DNA from: Promethearchaeati archaeon
Lineage (GTDB): Archaea > Asgardarchaeota > Heimdallarchaeia > JABLTI01
DNA: 48,538 bases
Direction of reading: 5' to 3'
Assembly: GCA_013166835.1 (NCBI GenBank)
Contig: JABLTI010000030.1
Span: 1-48,538, forward strand
Shown: positions 28,924-39,140 of the stretch, piece by piece
How positions within the stretch are numbered: position 1 is the stretch's first letter
Layout of the letters: every line of letters starts with the position of its first letter
Position numbers and translations under genes: made by a program
The notes under the pieces: generated by a model
Database searches by the model: none
The model's input: only the letters and a program-made list of their open reading frames with translations
What the model was told of the DNA's origin: nothing

Positions 28924-29316
28924 ATGTCCCGAAACAAAGATTGGTTAAATTACTCAGAAGAATTAATCGATATTGCTGAGCTTTTATTGAACAAAGGAAG
29001 ATTCTCTTGGTCATGTTTTACCTCTCAACAAGCTTCAACTGCTGCTCTTAAAGCAATTTTATCAATAAATAATGACTCAACATTTGGTGACAATTTAATT
29101 GCCTTATTGCGTATAGTGAAAGAAACATATACAATTCCTGAAGACGTTAAAGTTGCATGTCATTATGTCAACGATTTCTTTACAAAGAGTCGAGACTTAG
29201 AAAACAAGCCTGAAGGAACCCCACCAAGTTATTTTAATCTCTCAGATGCTCAAAAAGCGAAAGCAAGTGCATTAACTATTCTTCGATTTGCACATCACAA
29301 CTCATATAATTCTTAA
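28924..29316 (+). CDS. HEPN-domain protein (degenerate)
   Basis: W...S..LI..A..LL..G..SWSCFTSQQA...ALKA pattern typical of HEPN; the usual HDL and RY motifs appear as DNL and RD. Confidence 0.75.
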   Translation: MSRNKDWLNYSEELIDIAELLLNKGRFSWSCFTSQQASTAALKAILSINNDSTFGDNLIALLRIVKETYTIPEDVKVACHYVNDFFTKSRDLENKPEGTPPSYFNLSDAQKAKASALTILRFAHHNSYNS

Positions 29317-29417
29317 AATAGATTCATCTCGAATCACACCATTTATTTACTTTTAAATAATGAGTTGTTATACATACAAATGGTTCCTATTTGTATTAAA
29401 TTACAGGATATTACAAA

Positions 29418-30863
29418 ATGACTCTCTCTCCTCAAGCAACGGATGCTCTGGACTATGCTTTGAAAGCAGAAGCTGATTATGTTGATATTAGAGTGGAGAA
29501 TGAATTTTCAAATTTTACTGGATTACGAAATAACTCAATTTGTGGTGTAAATACTAGTTTAGAAGAAAGAATTGGTATTAGAGTTCTATACAAGAATTGT
29601 TGGGGTTTTGCTTCAACGTCTTCAATAGATAATGCTTCAATCAAGAAAGCAGTTCAAAATGCAATCGTCTGTGCAAAAAAAGCAGCTAAAAAAAACCCTG
29701 ATTCGAAAATTAACCTTGCTGAAGTATCTCAAAGGAAAACCAGTGTTTCTGACGAGTGTAAGAAACACCCTCAATACTTAGAACAAGTCGACCGCATTGA
29801 TCTCTTAAATTGGATTAATACTAGAATTAATTCTCGAATTAAAGTCATTAATGTTTTAGATTTGAAATTAATTGAGAACCATACACAGAAATTATTCATT
29901 AGTTCTGAAGGATCTGAAATCGAACAAATTCTTATTCGCGCTAGCTTATTCATAGGTTCATCAATTAGTAGTCCTGGTAATTTTCAACGAGTAAGATCTG
30001 TTGGTTTTGGTGGAGTTGGCGGTATTGAAATACTCGAAAGTATTTCGTTTGAAGATTTTCTCACAAATTTCATTGTTACTTTGCCTGAAATTGCCCAAGC
30101 TAAATTAATCAAACCAAAAGAACAGCCTGTCATTTTGAATGAAGAGATGGGCTGGAATTTATGTCATGAATTCAGTCATGCAGTTGAATCAGACCTTTTG
30201 CTTGCTGGGCATTCCCCTTTAGCTAATCGAATTGGGAGTAAAATTGGATCAGAAGAAGTGACTATAATTGATGATGCTAGCTATAAAGGATATGGGGAGT
30301 ATTACTTCGATGATGAAGGAGTTAAAGCATCTGGTACTATGATCATTGAAGACGGTATTTTATTTGATGTTCTACAAAGCAGGGAAACCGCGACTGAAAT
30401 GAATGCCATTCCTACTAGCAATGGACGGGCTGAAAATTGTTTACATTATCCTCAAGTCAGACAAAGCAATACTTTTTTTGAACCTGGTGATCTCACATTT
30501 GAGGAATTACTTCAAAATGTAAAAAATGGTCTTTATGTTTGTGATTCATTTGGAGGGAATGCAGATACTACTCACGGCAATTTCCAATTGGATGCTCAAT
30601 ATGGTCGCAAGATCGAAAAGGGTGAACTAGGTGATTATGTCACCAATTTTTCAATTATCGGTAACCTCTACACAATTCTTGGCGATATTGTTGGTATGAC
30701 GAAAAATTTGGGAAGTTTTCCCGCTTATTGTGGTAAGAATGGTCAAAGGGTCAGTGTTGGTGCCATCTCACCAAAAGTTGCTTTGGTAGGAATTCCAGTT
30801 ATATCAAACATTTCTCAAAGACAAATTAGAAAAATCGATTTTACTAGGGTGAGTGAGAGATAA
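29418..30863 (+). CDS. tldD: TldD-family metalloprotease
   Basis: YVDIRVE, IGIRVL..WGFAST, HEFSHAVE, FDDEGV, SNGRA, RQSNT, CGKNGQ. Confidence 0.9.
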   Translation: MTLSPQATDALDYALKAEADYVDIRVENEFSNFTGLRNNSICGVNTSLEERIGIRVLYKNCWGFASTSSIDNASIKKAVQNAIVCAKKAAKKNPDSKINLAEVSQRKTSVSDECKKHPQYLEQVDRIDLLNWINTRINSRIKVINVLDLKLIENHTQKLFISSEGSEIEQILIRASLFIGSSISSPGNFQRVRSVGFGGVGGIEILESISFEDFLTNFIVTLPEIAQAKLIKPKEQPVILNEEMGWNLCHEFSHAVESDLLLAGHSPLANRIGSKIGSEEVTIIDDASYKGYGEYYFDDEGVKASGTMIIEDGILFDVLQSRETATEMNAIPTSNGRAENCLHYPQVRQSNTFFEPGDLTFEELLQNVKNGLYVCDSFGGNADTTHGNFQLDAQYGRKIEKGELGDYVTNFSIIGNLYTILGDIVGMTKNLGSFPAYCGKNGQRVSVGAISPKVALVGIPVISNISQRQIRKIDFTRVSER

Positions 30864-32228
30864 ATGACAGAAGTACTGGCTGATCTAGTATTAACTCTTG
30901 CAGAAAAAATGAAAATTGATGCTACAGAAGTTTTTGTACAAAGTAAGGAAATAAAGAAAATTGAAATTAGTAAAGGAATAATAAAATACGCTATTGAGCA
31001 AGAAAAATCTGGTATTGCTATTCGTTCCGTAATTGATGGCCAAATGAGTTTTGTTTCATCAAATGCTGCAAATAAGATAAACGAAATCTTGGAATTATCT
31101 GTCCAAAATGCAAAAACATCAACTCAGAAAGTTTCCCATAATTTCGTGAGTAGGAAATTTATCACCCCTGTTCAGCAAATTAGAGACGATCGATTAAGGG
31201 ATTTATCATTAGAAGATATTTGTGATAGGGTTTCAGAAATTCTTTCATCGATAGAATTATCAAAACCAGTTAAAAATATAGATAGTATTGTTGCAATTGA
31301 AACTGAAGAACGACTAATCGCTAATTCAGAAGGTTTGTGGAAACGCGAAGTCGGTACAAGATTAAAAACTGACATACTTACTACTACTAAAGTTGATGAT
31401 TTCATAGGAATGGGGTCTGGGCATTTAGCTTCCAGAGTTTTACAGGAGGACTGGCAAAAGCTTTTCAATACTTCAATAAAAACTGCTTATAACCAAAGAA
31501 ATCGCAAGAAAATGACTATTGGAAGACCACGAGGAGTTATTTTTAGTCCTGAGTCTGCTGCTCAAATTCTTGCTCACGCATTAATTCCTTCTTTTCATTA
31601 TACTAGTGGCAGTCACTATTATGATTCATTTCGGAATTGTCGTTTCAATAAAAACATCGTAATGATTGATGATCCAACTTATCCTGGAGCACAAAACACC
31701 TTTGGTTTCGATGATGAGGGATATCCGAGTAAACCAAGGGATGTCCTTAGTGGTGGGAAATGCAAGCGGCTTTTAGGTATGAATTTCTCCTGTCCAGAAT
31801 TGGATAAAAAAGAAGTATATCGTGGAAATTGCTATCGAGTGGCATTTCTTAGCAATGATACAAGAAGTTATGTTTACCCCCCAACAGTCTCATCTTCAAA
31901 TTTTATTATTAAAGCTAAAAAACCTCTTACAGAGCCTCTTGCTCAAGAATTGAATAGCGGTATATATATCAAAGAAATTGTTGGAGCTCAGGATGCTAAC
32001 TATTACACTGGTGATTTTGTTGTTTCAGTTGTTGAAGGATATGAAATTAAGAATGGTGAAATACTAAATCCCATATTACCTTGTTATTGTTCTGGTAACA
32101 TCTATAGAATGCTTGAAGACTCTTCTTTAATACTTGGAAATCAGCTTCAAGAAGTTCCTATACGAGCTACTCCCTTAAATGTATTAATGCCTGAAATTCT
32201 TTCAACAAGAATGACTATTTCGATATAA
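30864..32228 (+). CDS. pmbA: TldE/PmbA-family protein
   Basis: Abuts tldD; IANSEG, DDPT, FDDEGYP, TGDF; lacks the HE metal motif. Confidence 0.85.
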   Translation: MTEVLADLVLTLAEKMKIDATEVFVQSKEIKKIEISKGIIKYAIEQEKSGIAIRSVIDGQMSFVSSNAANKINEILELSVQNAKTSTQKVSHNFVSRKFITPVQQIRDDRLRDLSLEDICDRVSEILSSIELSKPVKNIDSIVAIETEERLIANSEGLWKREVGTRLKTDILTTTKVDDFIGMGSGHLASRVLQEDWQKLFNTSIKTAYNQRNRKKMTIGRPRGVIFSPESAAQILAHALIPSFHYTSGSHYYDSFRNCRFNKNIVMIDDPTYPGAQNTFGFDDEGYPSKPRDVLSGGKCKRLLGMNFSCPELDKKEVYRGNCYRVAFLSNDTRSYVYPPTVSSSNFIIKAKKPLTEPLAQELNSGIYIKEIVGAQDANYYTGDFVVSVVEGYEIKNGEILNPILPCYCSGNIYRMLEDSSLILGNQLQEVPIRATPLNVLMPEILSTRMTISI

Positions 32229-32256
32229 AAAAAATAAAATATTAGGAATGAAAAAA

Positions 32257-32907
32257 TCATTCCTTCTTTTCTGCTTCTTCTGCAGCACCTTTAGTAGTAG
32301 TTGTTGGTTTCTTTCTTACTCGTTTAACAGCTTTCTTTGTTCCTTCTGGTGCGGCTACTTCAGGTTTCTTTTCTTCTTTGGTTATACCTATTGCTTCAGC
32401 AAGTTCTTCTTCAACTTTTTCTAAAGCTTCTTCAGGTGTCTCCTCAGAATCTATTCCTTCTTCAAGAGTTTCCAATTCAGCTAATTCATCCTCAGTTAAT
32501 TCTTCAGCTTCGCTTTCAACTTCTAATTCTTCAGCTTCTCTCTTAGCTATTTCTTCTTGGATTCTCTTTCTTTCTTCTTCAATTTCCTTTTCTCGTTCAA
32601 TTGATTCTTTATCTTCAATTTGCTTTCTCTTCTTAGCTTCTCTTCGAGCTTTTACTCCATCCTTTCTGACTTTTAGTAACGCTTTTTCTTTATCAGCTAA
32701 GACTTTAACATAATCTTCTTTGAAAACCTTTAGTGTAGCAATATTTTCTTTGTACTTGGATTTTCTTCTTTCATCTACAATTAGTCCTGCTTCTCGAGCT
32801 TGTTTAACATTCCACTTTATAGCTGCAAGTTCATCTTTACTAAATCCTCTTCCCTTTCTGGGATTATTTGTTGCAGGGCTTTCAACACTAACAGATGGTT
32901 TCATCAT
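32257..32907 (-). CDS. rpl13e: 50S ribosomal protein L13e with long charged C-terminal extension
   Basis: RKGRGFSKDEL..AREAGLIVDERRKS..EN core, then about 150 aa of K/R-rich and E-rich tail. Confidence 0.9.
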   Translation of the reverse strand: MMKPSVSVESPATNNPRKGRGFSKDELAAIKWNVKQAREAGLIVDERRKSKYKENIATLKVFKEDYVKVLADKEKALLKVRKDGVKARREAKKRKQIEDKESIEREKEIEEERKRIQEEIAKREAEELEVESEAEELTEDELAELETLEEGIDSEETPEEALEKVEEELAEAIGITKEEKKPEVAAPEGTKKAVKRVRKKPTTTTKGAAEEAEKKE

Positions 32908-33020
32908 TTTTTATACCTCATAAATGGTTAATTTTCTCTTATTGGTTCCACAAAGGTGTTACCTTTTATTCTTTTGGTTATTTTCTAAATATCCTTTTGT
33001 TCCTACTTTATCTTCTATTT

Positions 33021-33539
33021 TTATTCTTTTTCATTCATCTCTTCGGTTTTTTCACCGATTTCGATTTCAATATCAGTTTTTGTTTCTTCCTCTATCTCTT
33101 CTCTAAAGACTAGTTTACTTCTAAACATAGCTAGTATAAGATAGGTTAAAGCAAGACCAGTTGTTACTCCTAATCCAACAGAGCTTGAGTTAATAAATGC
33201 CCAGCTACCTTTGTCACCAGGGATTGTAAAGTATAGAATAACTGATATTATTAAGGAGAGAATTAGAATTAGAGCAGCAGAATATAGAATTATATTTCTA
33301 CCAATTCCTGCTTTTCTTCTTGTAAAGATCAATAGTGTAGTAATAACAAATAATACTCCTCCACCTACTCCAATTCCAATATACATTAAAACATCAAGGG
33401 CAATTGTTGTGCCATAGATAGAATTTATCACAACAATAAAGATTGCACACATTATTAGTAAGCATAACATTAAAGCAATCGACATAAATCTGGATTCGAA
33501 AATTGATGTTGCTTTACTTTTTTCTTCATCTGTTGACAC
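33021..33539 (-). CDS. Hypothetical 4-TM membrane protein
   Basis: Four hydrophobic segments and an acidic C-tail; GGAG upstream of GTG. Confidence 0.75.
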   Translation of the reverse strand: MSTDEEKSKATSIFESRFMSIALMLCLLIMCAIFIVVINSIYGTTIALDVLMYIGIGVGGGVLFVITTLLIFTRRKAGIGRNIILYSAALILILSLIISVILYFTIPGDKGSWAFINSSSVGLGVTTGLALTYLILAMFRSKLVFREEIEEETKTDIEIEIGEKTEEMNEKE

Positions 33540-33650
33540 GCTTTATATCTCCTTACTATCTTCTATTCTTTTCAAATAACCCATTTTAAAATCCTTCTGA
33601 AAAAGTTGATAAATCTTTTCTCTATGCAAATATATAGGTTGGTGTTTGAA

Positions 33651-34895
33651 ATGAATGAAAAGAAAGAGGATGCATCAAAAGGTATTGGTGTAATAAAAGA
33701 TAAAGTTGAAGAACAAGAGGATTTGGGAAAGAGAATAGGCACTAAAGTTGTACATGCAGGTGAAAGCATTAATCCGGTTACTCGAGGGATAACAACTAAT
33801 ATTGACTTTTCAACTACTTTTGCATATGATATTGCTGACCAATGGGCAGATGTATTTTATCATGGAAAACCTGGTTTTGCTTATTCGCGTCATGCGAATC
33901 CTACAAGATCTGTTTTTGAAAAGAAAATAGCCATTTTGGAAAATGGTGAAGCAGGAATAGGATTCAGCTCAGGAATGGCCGCAATATCAACTGTCTTTAG
34001 TACTTATTTAAAACCCAGCGATGAAATCATTGTCACAGATAGGTGCTATCCTGGGACGAGGCATCTTCTTAATCAATACTTTAAGGAGTGGGGTTTCATA
34101 GTACATTTTGTTGATGCTACTGACATTGAAAACATAAAAGCAAAAATCACTAACAATACAAAATTGATTCACATGGAATGTCCTGCAAATCCTACTTTAT
34201 CACTCTGTGATATTGCAGAGATTGCTAAATTAGCTAAAGAGATACAAGCGAAATTTGTATTTGACAATACATTTGCTACTCCTATAAATCAAAATCCAAT
34301 TGATATGGGAGTCAATATAGTCGTTCATAGTGTAACCAAATATCTTAGCGGTCATAGCGATGTCTTAGGAGGAGCAACTGTTTCATCTGCTGATGAACGT
34401 GCAGAAATAATGAATACTGCTGTTTATTTTGGAGGAGTCATGCAACCATTTGATGCTTGGTTAACAATTCGAGGAATTAAGACCTTGGAATTACGTGTAA
34501 ACAGACATACTGAAAATTCTCAAGCAATAGCAGAATTCTTGGAAGATCATCCAAAGATTAGAGAAGTCTATTATCCTGGACTTACAAGTCATCCTCAACA
34601 TCATTTAGCTAAAAAGCAAATGAGCGGTTACGGTGGAATGGTCAGTTTTTGCGCAGGTAAATCTGATAAGGACGGTGTCGATTTCATTAATAATTTGAAA
34701 ATAATCAAAAGAGCAACAAGTTTAGGTAGTACAAGTTCTCTAATACAAGCATCCGGAAGTATGCTTTATCTTGAATTTACTGAGGAAGAGAAAAGATCTA
34801 TTGGTATTAACCCTGGCTTTGTAAGATTCTCCCCAGGTATAGAAGATAAGGATGATTTAATAGAAGATATTGATCAAGCACTAAGAAAAATCTAA
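33651..34895 (+). CDS. Cys/Met metabolism PLP enzyme (cystathionine gamma-synthase/lyase or methionine gamma-lyase)
   Basis: YSRHANPT, FSSGMAAI, ECPANPT, DNTFATP, HSVTKYLSGHSD, SLG; ATG 33651 preferred as start. Confidence 0.92.
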   Translation: MNEKKEDASKGIGVIKDKVEEQEDLGKRIGTKVVHAGESINPVTRGITTNIDFSTTFAYDIADQWADVFYHGKPGFAYSRHANPTRSVFEKKIAILENGEAGIGFSSGMAAISTVFSTYLKPSDEIIVTDRCYPGTRHLLNQYFKEWGFIVHFVDATDIENIKAKITNNTKLIHMECPANPTLSLCDIAEIAKLAKEIQAKFVFDNTFATPINQNPIDMGVNIVVHSVTKYLSGHSDVLGGATVSSADERAEIMNTAVYFGGVMQPFDAWLTIRGIKTLELRVNRHTENSQAIAEFLEDHPKIREVYYPGLTSHPQHHLAKKQMSGYGGMVSFCAGKSDKDGVDFINNLKIIKRATSLGSTSSLIQASGSMLYLEFTEEEKRSIGINPGFVRFSPGIEDKDDLIEDIDQALRKI

Positions 34896-34911
34896 TGTGC
34901 GTTAAAACAAA

Positions 34912-36147
34912 CTATTGAACATCCATCTTATTCATTTCTGTTATTTTATCAGCTAGATTACAGATTGTTCTATATCCCTTTTCAGAATCTTTACAAGGTA
35001 GAACTATACTGCAAAAAGGGTCCGTTTTCTCGAGTAATACTTCTTTATGTGTTCTATCTACAATCCATTCATTTTTTGGGTATCCCTTCACTGGGAATGG
35101 TTGTTCACTGTCTGAAAATAGTATCCCTTTAACTGAACATTGATTGTATCTTGGTATTGCTGGGATATCATGCTTAATTTTATGAAAGGCGTCTAGATGT
35201 AACTGAACTAAATTATGTCCAGTAGCATATTGAACACATTCTATACTTCCTTGGAAACGTGGATTCACTTCCATGAAGAAAAGCTCTTTATTTTTTATTA
35301 TAAAATCAACCCCATTTGAACCCATCAATTGAATTTTTTTGAATAATTTTCTGATGGATTCAAAATGCTTTCCCTCTAAAGATGGGTTTTTTTTATATGA
35401 ATCATAATTTAAGGGGACAACATTCCCTGTATATGCAAATTCGCTTGGTGCTCTAAGATTCTTATCTCCAATTAATTGTCTATTAACTGAAAGTATTTGC
35501 ACCTCATTTTTTAAACAATTCACAGTAGAACTAGCATCTATACCTTCAATGTATTCTTGTACCCAGATTGTTTTTTCTTGATCTTCATCTTTTGAACTAA
35601 AGTAATCTTTCAATTCATTGAGGTTTTTCCAAAGTTTTATCCCAGCTCCTCCACCACCTCCATCCCCTCGAGTAACTAGCGGGAATGAAAAACTCTTTGC
35701 TATTTCGATTAATTCTTGATAATTATCTGCTGATTCTAGAATAGGAATTTCAAAACCAGCATTTTTAGCAATATTGTTTATTTTATGTTTTTGACGAGTT
35801 AAGGCATATTTCTTCGGGTCATTTGCATATACTTTCGGACCTATATCTCTGAATCGTTTAACCAATTCATGATATCGATCAAAAGCAGAACCAAGAATAA
35901 TTCCCTCAAAATCTCCTTGTTCATCTGACATTATTTCAGCTAAATAATACAAGTATTCTGCAGGTCGTCGGTGTAGAAGACGATGTAATAATTCCCTTGG
36001 TTTTTGTCTTAGTACTGAAAAGCAATTTTTAGTTAGTTTTAGTAAATCGTAATCTCCAAAATAATCTATTACTCCAATTTTATGCCCTGCTTGTACGGCT
36101 GATTTTGCAATGGGTCTTGCATTAAATCCTACAACTAGAAGTTTCAT
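34912..36147 (-). CDS. ATP-grasp domain protein (COG2232-like, associated with archaeal C1-cofactor genes)
   Basis: VVGFNARPIAKSA..AG, IDYFGDYD, GGGG loop, QEYIEG, GSNGVDF, MEVNPRFQGS. Confidence 0.8.
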   Translation of the reverse strand: MKLLVVGFNARPIAKSAVQAGHKIGVIDYFGDYDLLKLTKNCFSVLRQKPRELLHRLLHRRPAEYLYYLAEIMSDEQGDFEGIILGSAFDRYHELVKRFRDIGPKVYANDPKKYALTRQKHKINNIAKNAGFEIPILESADNYQELIEIAKSFSFPLVTRGDGGGGGAGIKLWKNLNELKDYFSSKDEDQEKTIWVQEYIEGIDASSTVNCLKNEVQILSVNRQLIGDKNLRAPSEFAYTGNVVPLNYDSYKKNPSLEGKHFESIRKLFKKIQLMGSNGVDFIIKNKELFFMEVNPRFQGSIECVQYATGHNLVQLHLDAFHKIKHDIPAIPRYNQCSVKGILFSDSEQPFPVKGYPKNEWIVDRTHKEVLLEKTDPFCSIVLPCKDSEKGYRTICNLADKITEMNKMDVQ

Positions 36148-36156
36148 TTATTATCA

Positions 36157-36774
36157 TTACTCTTTCAATTTGGAAACTTTTTCTGTTATTTTCTGGAAAA
36201 TTCCTATACCTTCATTGAACCAATCCCGAAATTCTGGAACATCTTTTTCTCTGAACATTAATAATTGTTCCATTAATTGAAATTGCAATAACGCTTGTTC
36301 AATGAAGAGACTATTATACATCTCCTCATAATTCCTTACAATTGTTTCTGTTTCATTAAGAGTTATCCCTAACAGTTGTAGATTTCCTCGGAATTCAGTA
36401 ATCGTGTCTGCTTTTCTTAAATTTTTTATATAACGTGTCATTAGAAATAGTTTCTGATCATATGATGATCTATATCTAAGAAGTAACACTAATTTGTTGA
36501 AAAAATCTTCAAGCATACCAATTAATTCCATATCAATTTCAAATTTGTCCTCTAAAATACTGCCAATGTCTTTTACTTTAAGACCTCTAGTAGAGACAAG
36601 TGACGGAAGTGAAAGTGCTGTCTTGTTTAAGATGTTGACCAAAGATTCCAATGAGCCTTTTAACTCATTCAAAGTTTTTTTGTCTTCGGCACTTATTGTC
36701 CTGGTTTTTGAGGTAGTTTTCTTTTGTGGAGTCTTCTCCACTGGTGCTTCTTTACCTTTCTTAGTTGTTGACAA
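36157..36774 (-). CDS. Hypothetical all-alpha protein
   Basis: 205-aa ORF 9 nt upstream of the ATP-grasp gene; purine-rich SD-like sequence before TTG. Confidence 0.75.
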   Translation of the reverse strand: MSTTKKGKEAPVEKTPQKKTTSKTRTISAEDKKTLNELKGSLESLVNILNKTALSLPSLVSTRGLKVKDIGSILEDKFEIDMELIGMLEDFFNKLVLLLRYRSSYDQKLFLMTRYIKNLRKADTITEFRGNLQLLGITLNETETIVRNYEEMYNSLFIEQALLQFQLMEQLLMFREKDVPEFRDWFNEGIGIFQKITEKVSKLKE

Positions 36775-36952
36775 TTACTTTACCTTCCTCAAAATTATCC
36801 TTGATTCTAGCTTTCATTTCCACAATATGGATGTCTGATTTTTCTTATTTAACATTCTAATACTCACATAATATCAATTAAATCCTTAGGAATAGCTAAA
36901 AAAGATAAATATTCTTAACTTGACTTATACATGATTATTGAGGAGAATAACA

Positions 36953-38155
36953 ATGAAGCTACAGCATTTTCTAGAATTACTTGAGAATCATAAAATCTTC
37001 AGAAAAGATTCGATTAATCTAATAGCAAGTGAGAATTATTCCTCACCTTTTGTTCGAGCTATTCTTTCTTCTGATTTAGGTAATAGATATTCTAGCGATT
37101 ATTATGGTGGAACTAAATTCATACAACAAATCATCAGCAAAACTGAAAGTTTCATCAGAGAGTTATTCGATGCTGATTATGCTATTGTTTCTCCCTTATC
37201 TGGAAATATGTGTGATTTAGCCCTCATTCTTGGTTTAACTAAATCTGGGAATAAAATCATGTCTGTAGAAGCTGGGGATTCAGGTGGTTATCCATTGAAT
37301 TATGAATTCTTCAATCGAAAATACTTGCCTTTTCATTTCTCAAAGGAAAACATGAATATTCTCGTTGAAGAAAGTATAGAAGCAATCAAGAAGCAAAAAC
37401 CTAAGTTGGTTATTTTTGGCTCCTCATTTTTCCCCTTTCCACATCCAGTAAAAGAAATAACTCAAGAATTTGAGAAACGTAAGACAATTCATTTCGCATT
37501 TGATGGATCTCATGTTTTAGGCCTTATTGCTGGGAAACAATTTCAAGATCCTTTGCGTGAAGGATCCTCTATACTTGTTGGTTCAACGCACAAATCTTTT
37601 CCGGGTCCCCAAGGAGGATTAATTGTAACAAATGATATGGAAAAATATGAGACTCTATCTTCTACATTTGATATCGATCTGGAAAATGGCATAAAATTAA
37701 CAGATAATGTTCATGCTCATAGAATAGCTGCCTTAGGTGTAGCTGCTTTGGAAATGCTTGAATTCGGAAAAGAATACGCATCTCAAATCGTTAAAAACAC
37801 AAAAACACTTGCATCAACGCTAGATAATCATGGTATTCCTGTAAAGTTTAAGCATCTTGATTTCTCCGAATCTCATCAAGTAATACTTGATATCTCATCC
37901 ACCAATGATAAAAATATGTTGAAAGAACGAGCTGAGAATCTTGGATTGATGATAGATTCAGGCATACGCTTAGGGACTGCAGAAATAACTCGTATGGGTA
38001 TGAAAGAACTCGAAGTTAAAGAAATAGGAGAAATCTTGGCGGGTATTTATCACAATGATATCACCGAAGATATGTCTTGGAGAATTAAGGATTTTGCTAG
38101 AATTTTCAGTAGTCCTGCTTATTGTTTTAACAATGTTGGTGATTTGCCTTTCTAA
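36953..38155 (+). CDS. glyA: Serine hydroxymethyltransferase, archaeal type
   Basis: INLIASEN, YYGG, DGSHVLGLIAG, GSTHKSFPGPQGG, GIRLGTAEITRMGM; GAGGAG upstream of ATG 36953. Confidence 0.93.
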   Translation: MKLQHFLELLENHKIFRKDSINLIASENYSSPFVRAILSSDLGNRYSSDYYGGTKFIQQIISKTESFIRELFDADYAIVSPLSGNMCDLALILGLTKSGNKIMSVEAGDSGGYPLNYEFFNRKYLPFHFSKENMNILVEESIEAIKKQKPKLVIFGSSFFPFPHPVKEITQEFEKRKTIHFAFDGSHVLGLIAGKQFQDPLREGSSILVGSTHKSFPGPQGGLIVTNDMEKYETLSSTFDIDLENGIKLTDNVHAHRIAALGVAALEMLEFGKEYASQIVKNTKTLASTLDNHGIPVKFKHLDFSESHQVILDISSTNDKNMLKERAENLGLMIDSGIRLGTAEITRMGMKELEVKEIGEILAGIYHNDITEDMSWRIKDFARIFSSPAYCFNNVGDLPF

Positions 38156-38255
38156 TGGTTTACTTTAGAAGCATAGCTAAAAGAAATACAGATAAAAGAT
38201 TATGTCCATATTCTTCTTATATAGAAAATGATTATTTGCTTTAGGAGAATTATTA

Positions 38256-39107
38256 ATGATACGCGAACCAGTAGTTGCTGGATTGTTTTATCCAGGCAAG
38301 AAGGAACAGCTTATTGAGAAAATAGAGGGGTGTTTTAAGGATGAAGCTATTGGTCCTGGAGAATTACCTGATATAGAGAATCCCCCTGAAAGAAAAGGGA
38401 AAATATATGCTTTAATCTCACCGCATGCTGGCTACACCTATTCAGGTCCTGTTGCTGCTCATGGTTATCTAGAGCAATTCAAAGATGGAAAACCAGAATT
38501 TTTTGTAATTATTGGGCCAAATCACAAAAACATAGGTCCTGCTATTAGTGTTTATTCTGAAGGTAGTTGGAAGACCCCGTTAGGTGAAGCTTTAATTCCT
38601 GAAGATATCGCAGAATTAATCGTTAAACAACCACATTTCCGTGCAGACACCTCTGCCCATATGATGGAACACAGTATTGAAGTACAAGTGCCTTTTCTAC
38701 AATATTTGTATGGTGCTGATGTTCCTATACTGCCAATTTGTATGAAGGATCAATCTAAAGAAAATTGTGAACGTGTGGGTACAGTTCTAAGTAAGGTTTT
38801 AGCTAATTACGATTATTGTTTAATTGCTAGCACTGATTTGACTCACTATGAAAGTCAAGCATCAGCAATGTCTAAAGATTCCCACGTAATAGATAGTATA
38901 CGAAAAGTGAATCCTAATAAATTGCTCAATACTGTTATTGATAATTTAATTTCTATGTGTGGTCCCGGTCCGGTCGCTTCCGTATTGATTGCTTCCAACA
39001 AAAACAATGTCAAAGAAACTAAAATCTTAAAGTATTCAACCAGCGGGGATATCACTGGAGATAAAAATCAAGTCGTCGCTTATTTGTCTGCGATACTGCT
39101 AAAATAA
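38256..39107 (+). CDS. MEMO1-family protein (AmmeMemoRadiSam protein B)
   Basis: REPVVAGLFYP, SPHAGYTYSG, GPNH, WKTPLG, EHSIEVQVPFLQ, STDLTHY, SMCGPGP. Confidence 0.93.
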   Translation: MIREPVVAGLFYPGKKEQLIEKIEGCFKDEAIGPGELPDIENPPERKGKIYALISPHAGYTYSGPVAAHGYLEQFKDGKPEFFVIIGPNHKNIGPAISVYSEGSWKTPLGEALIPEDIAELIVKQPHFRADTSAHMMEHSIEVQVPFLQYLYGADVPILPICMKDQSKENCERVGTVLSKVLANYDYCLIASTDLTHYESQASAMSKDSHVIDSIRKVNPNKLLNTVIDNLISMCGPGPVASVLIASNKNNVKETKILKYSTSGDITGDKNQVVAYLSAILLK

Positions 39108-39140
39108 TTTCAAACTATTGAAAAATAGAGTGAGAAATAT

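Noticed and set aside
28924-29316. MNT-HEPN toxin-antitoxin or defence system
   Set aside because: No nucleotidyltransferase neighbour and the conserved motifs are degenerate.
32337-33113. Plus-strand Ser/Leu/Phe-rich ORFs and GAA-like repeats
   Set aside because: Mirror of the Glu/Lys-rich L13e tail and its neighbour; not a separate gene or a true tandem repeat.
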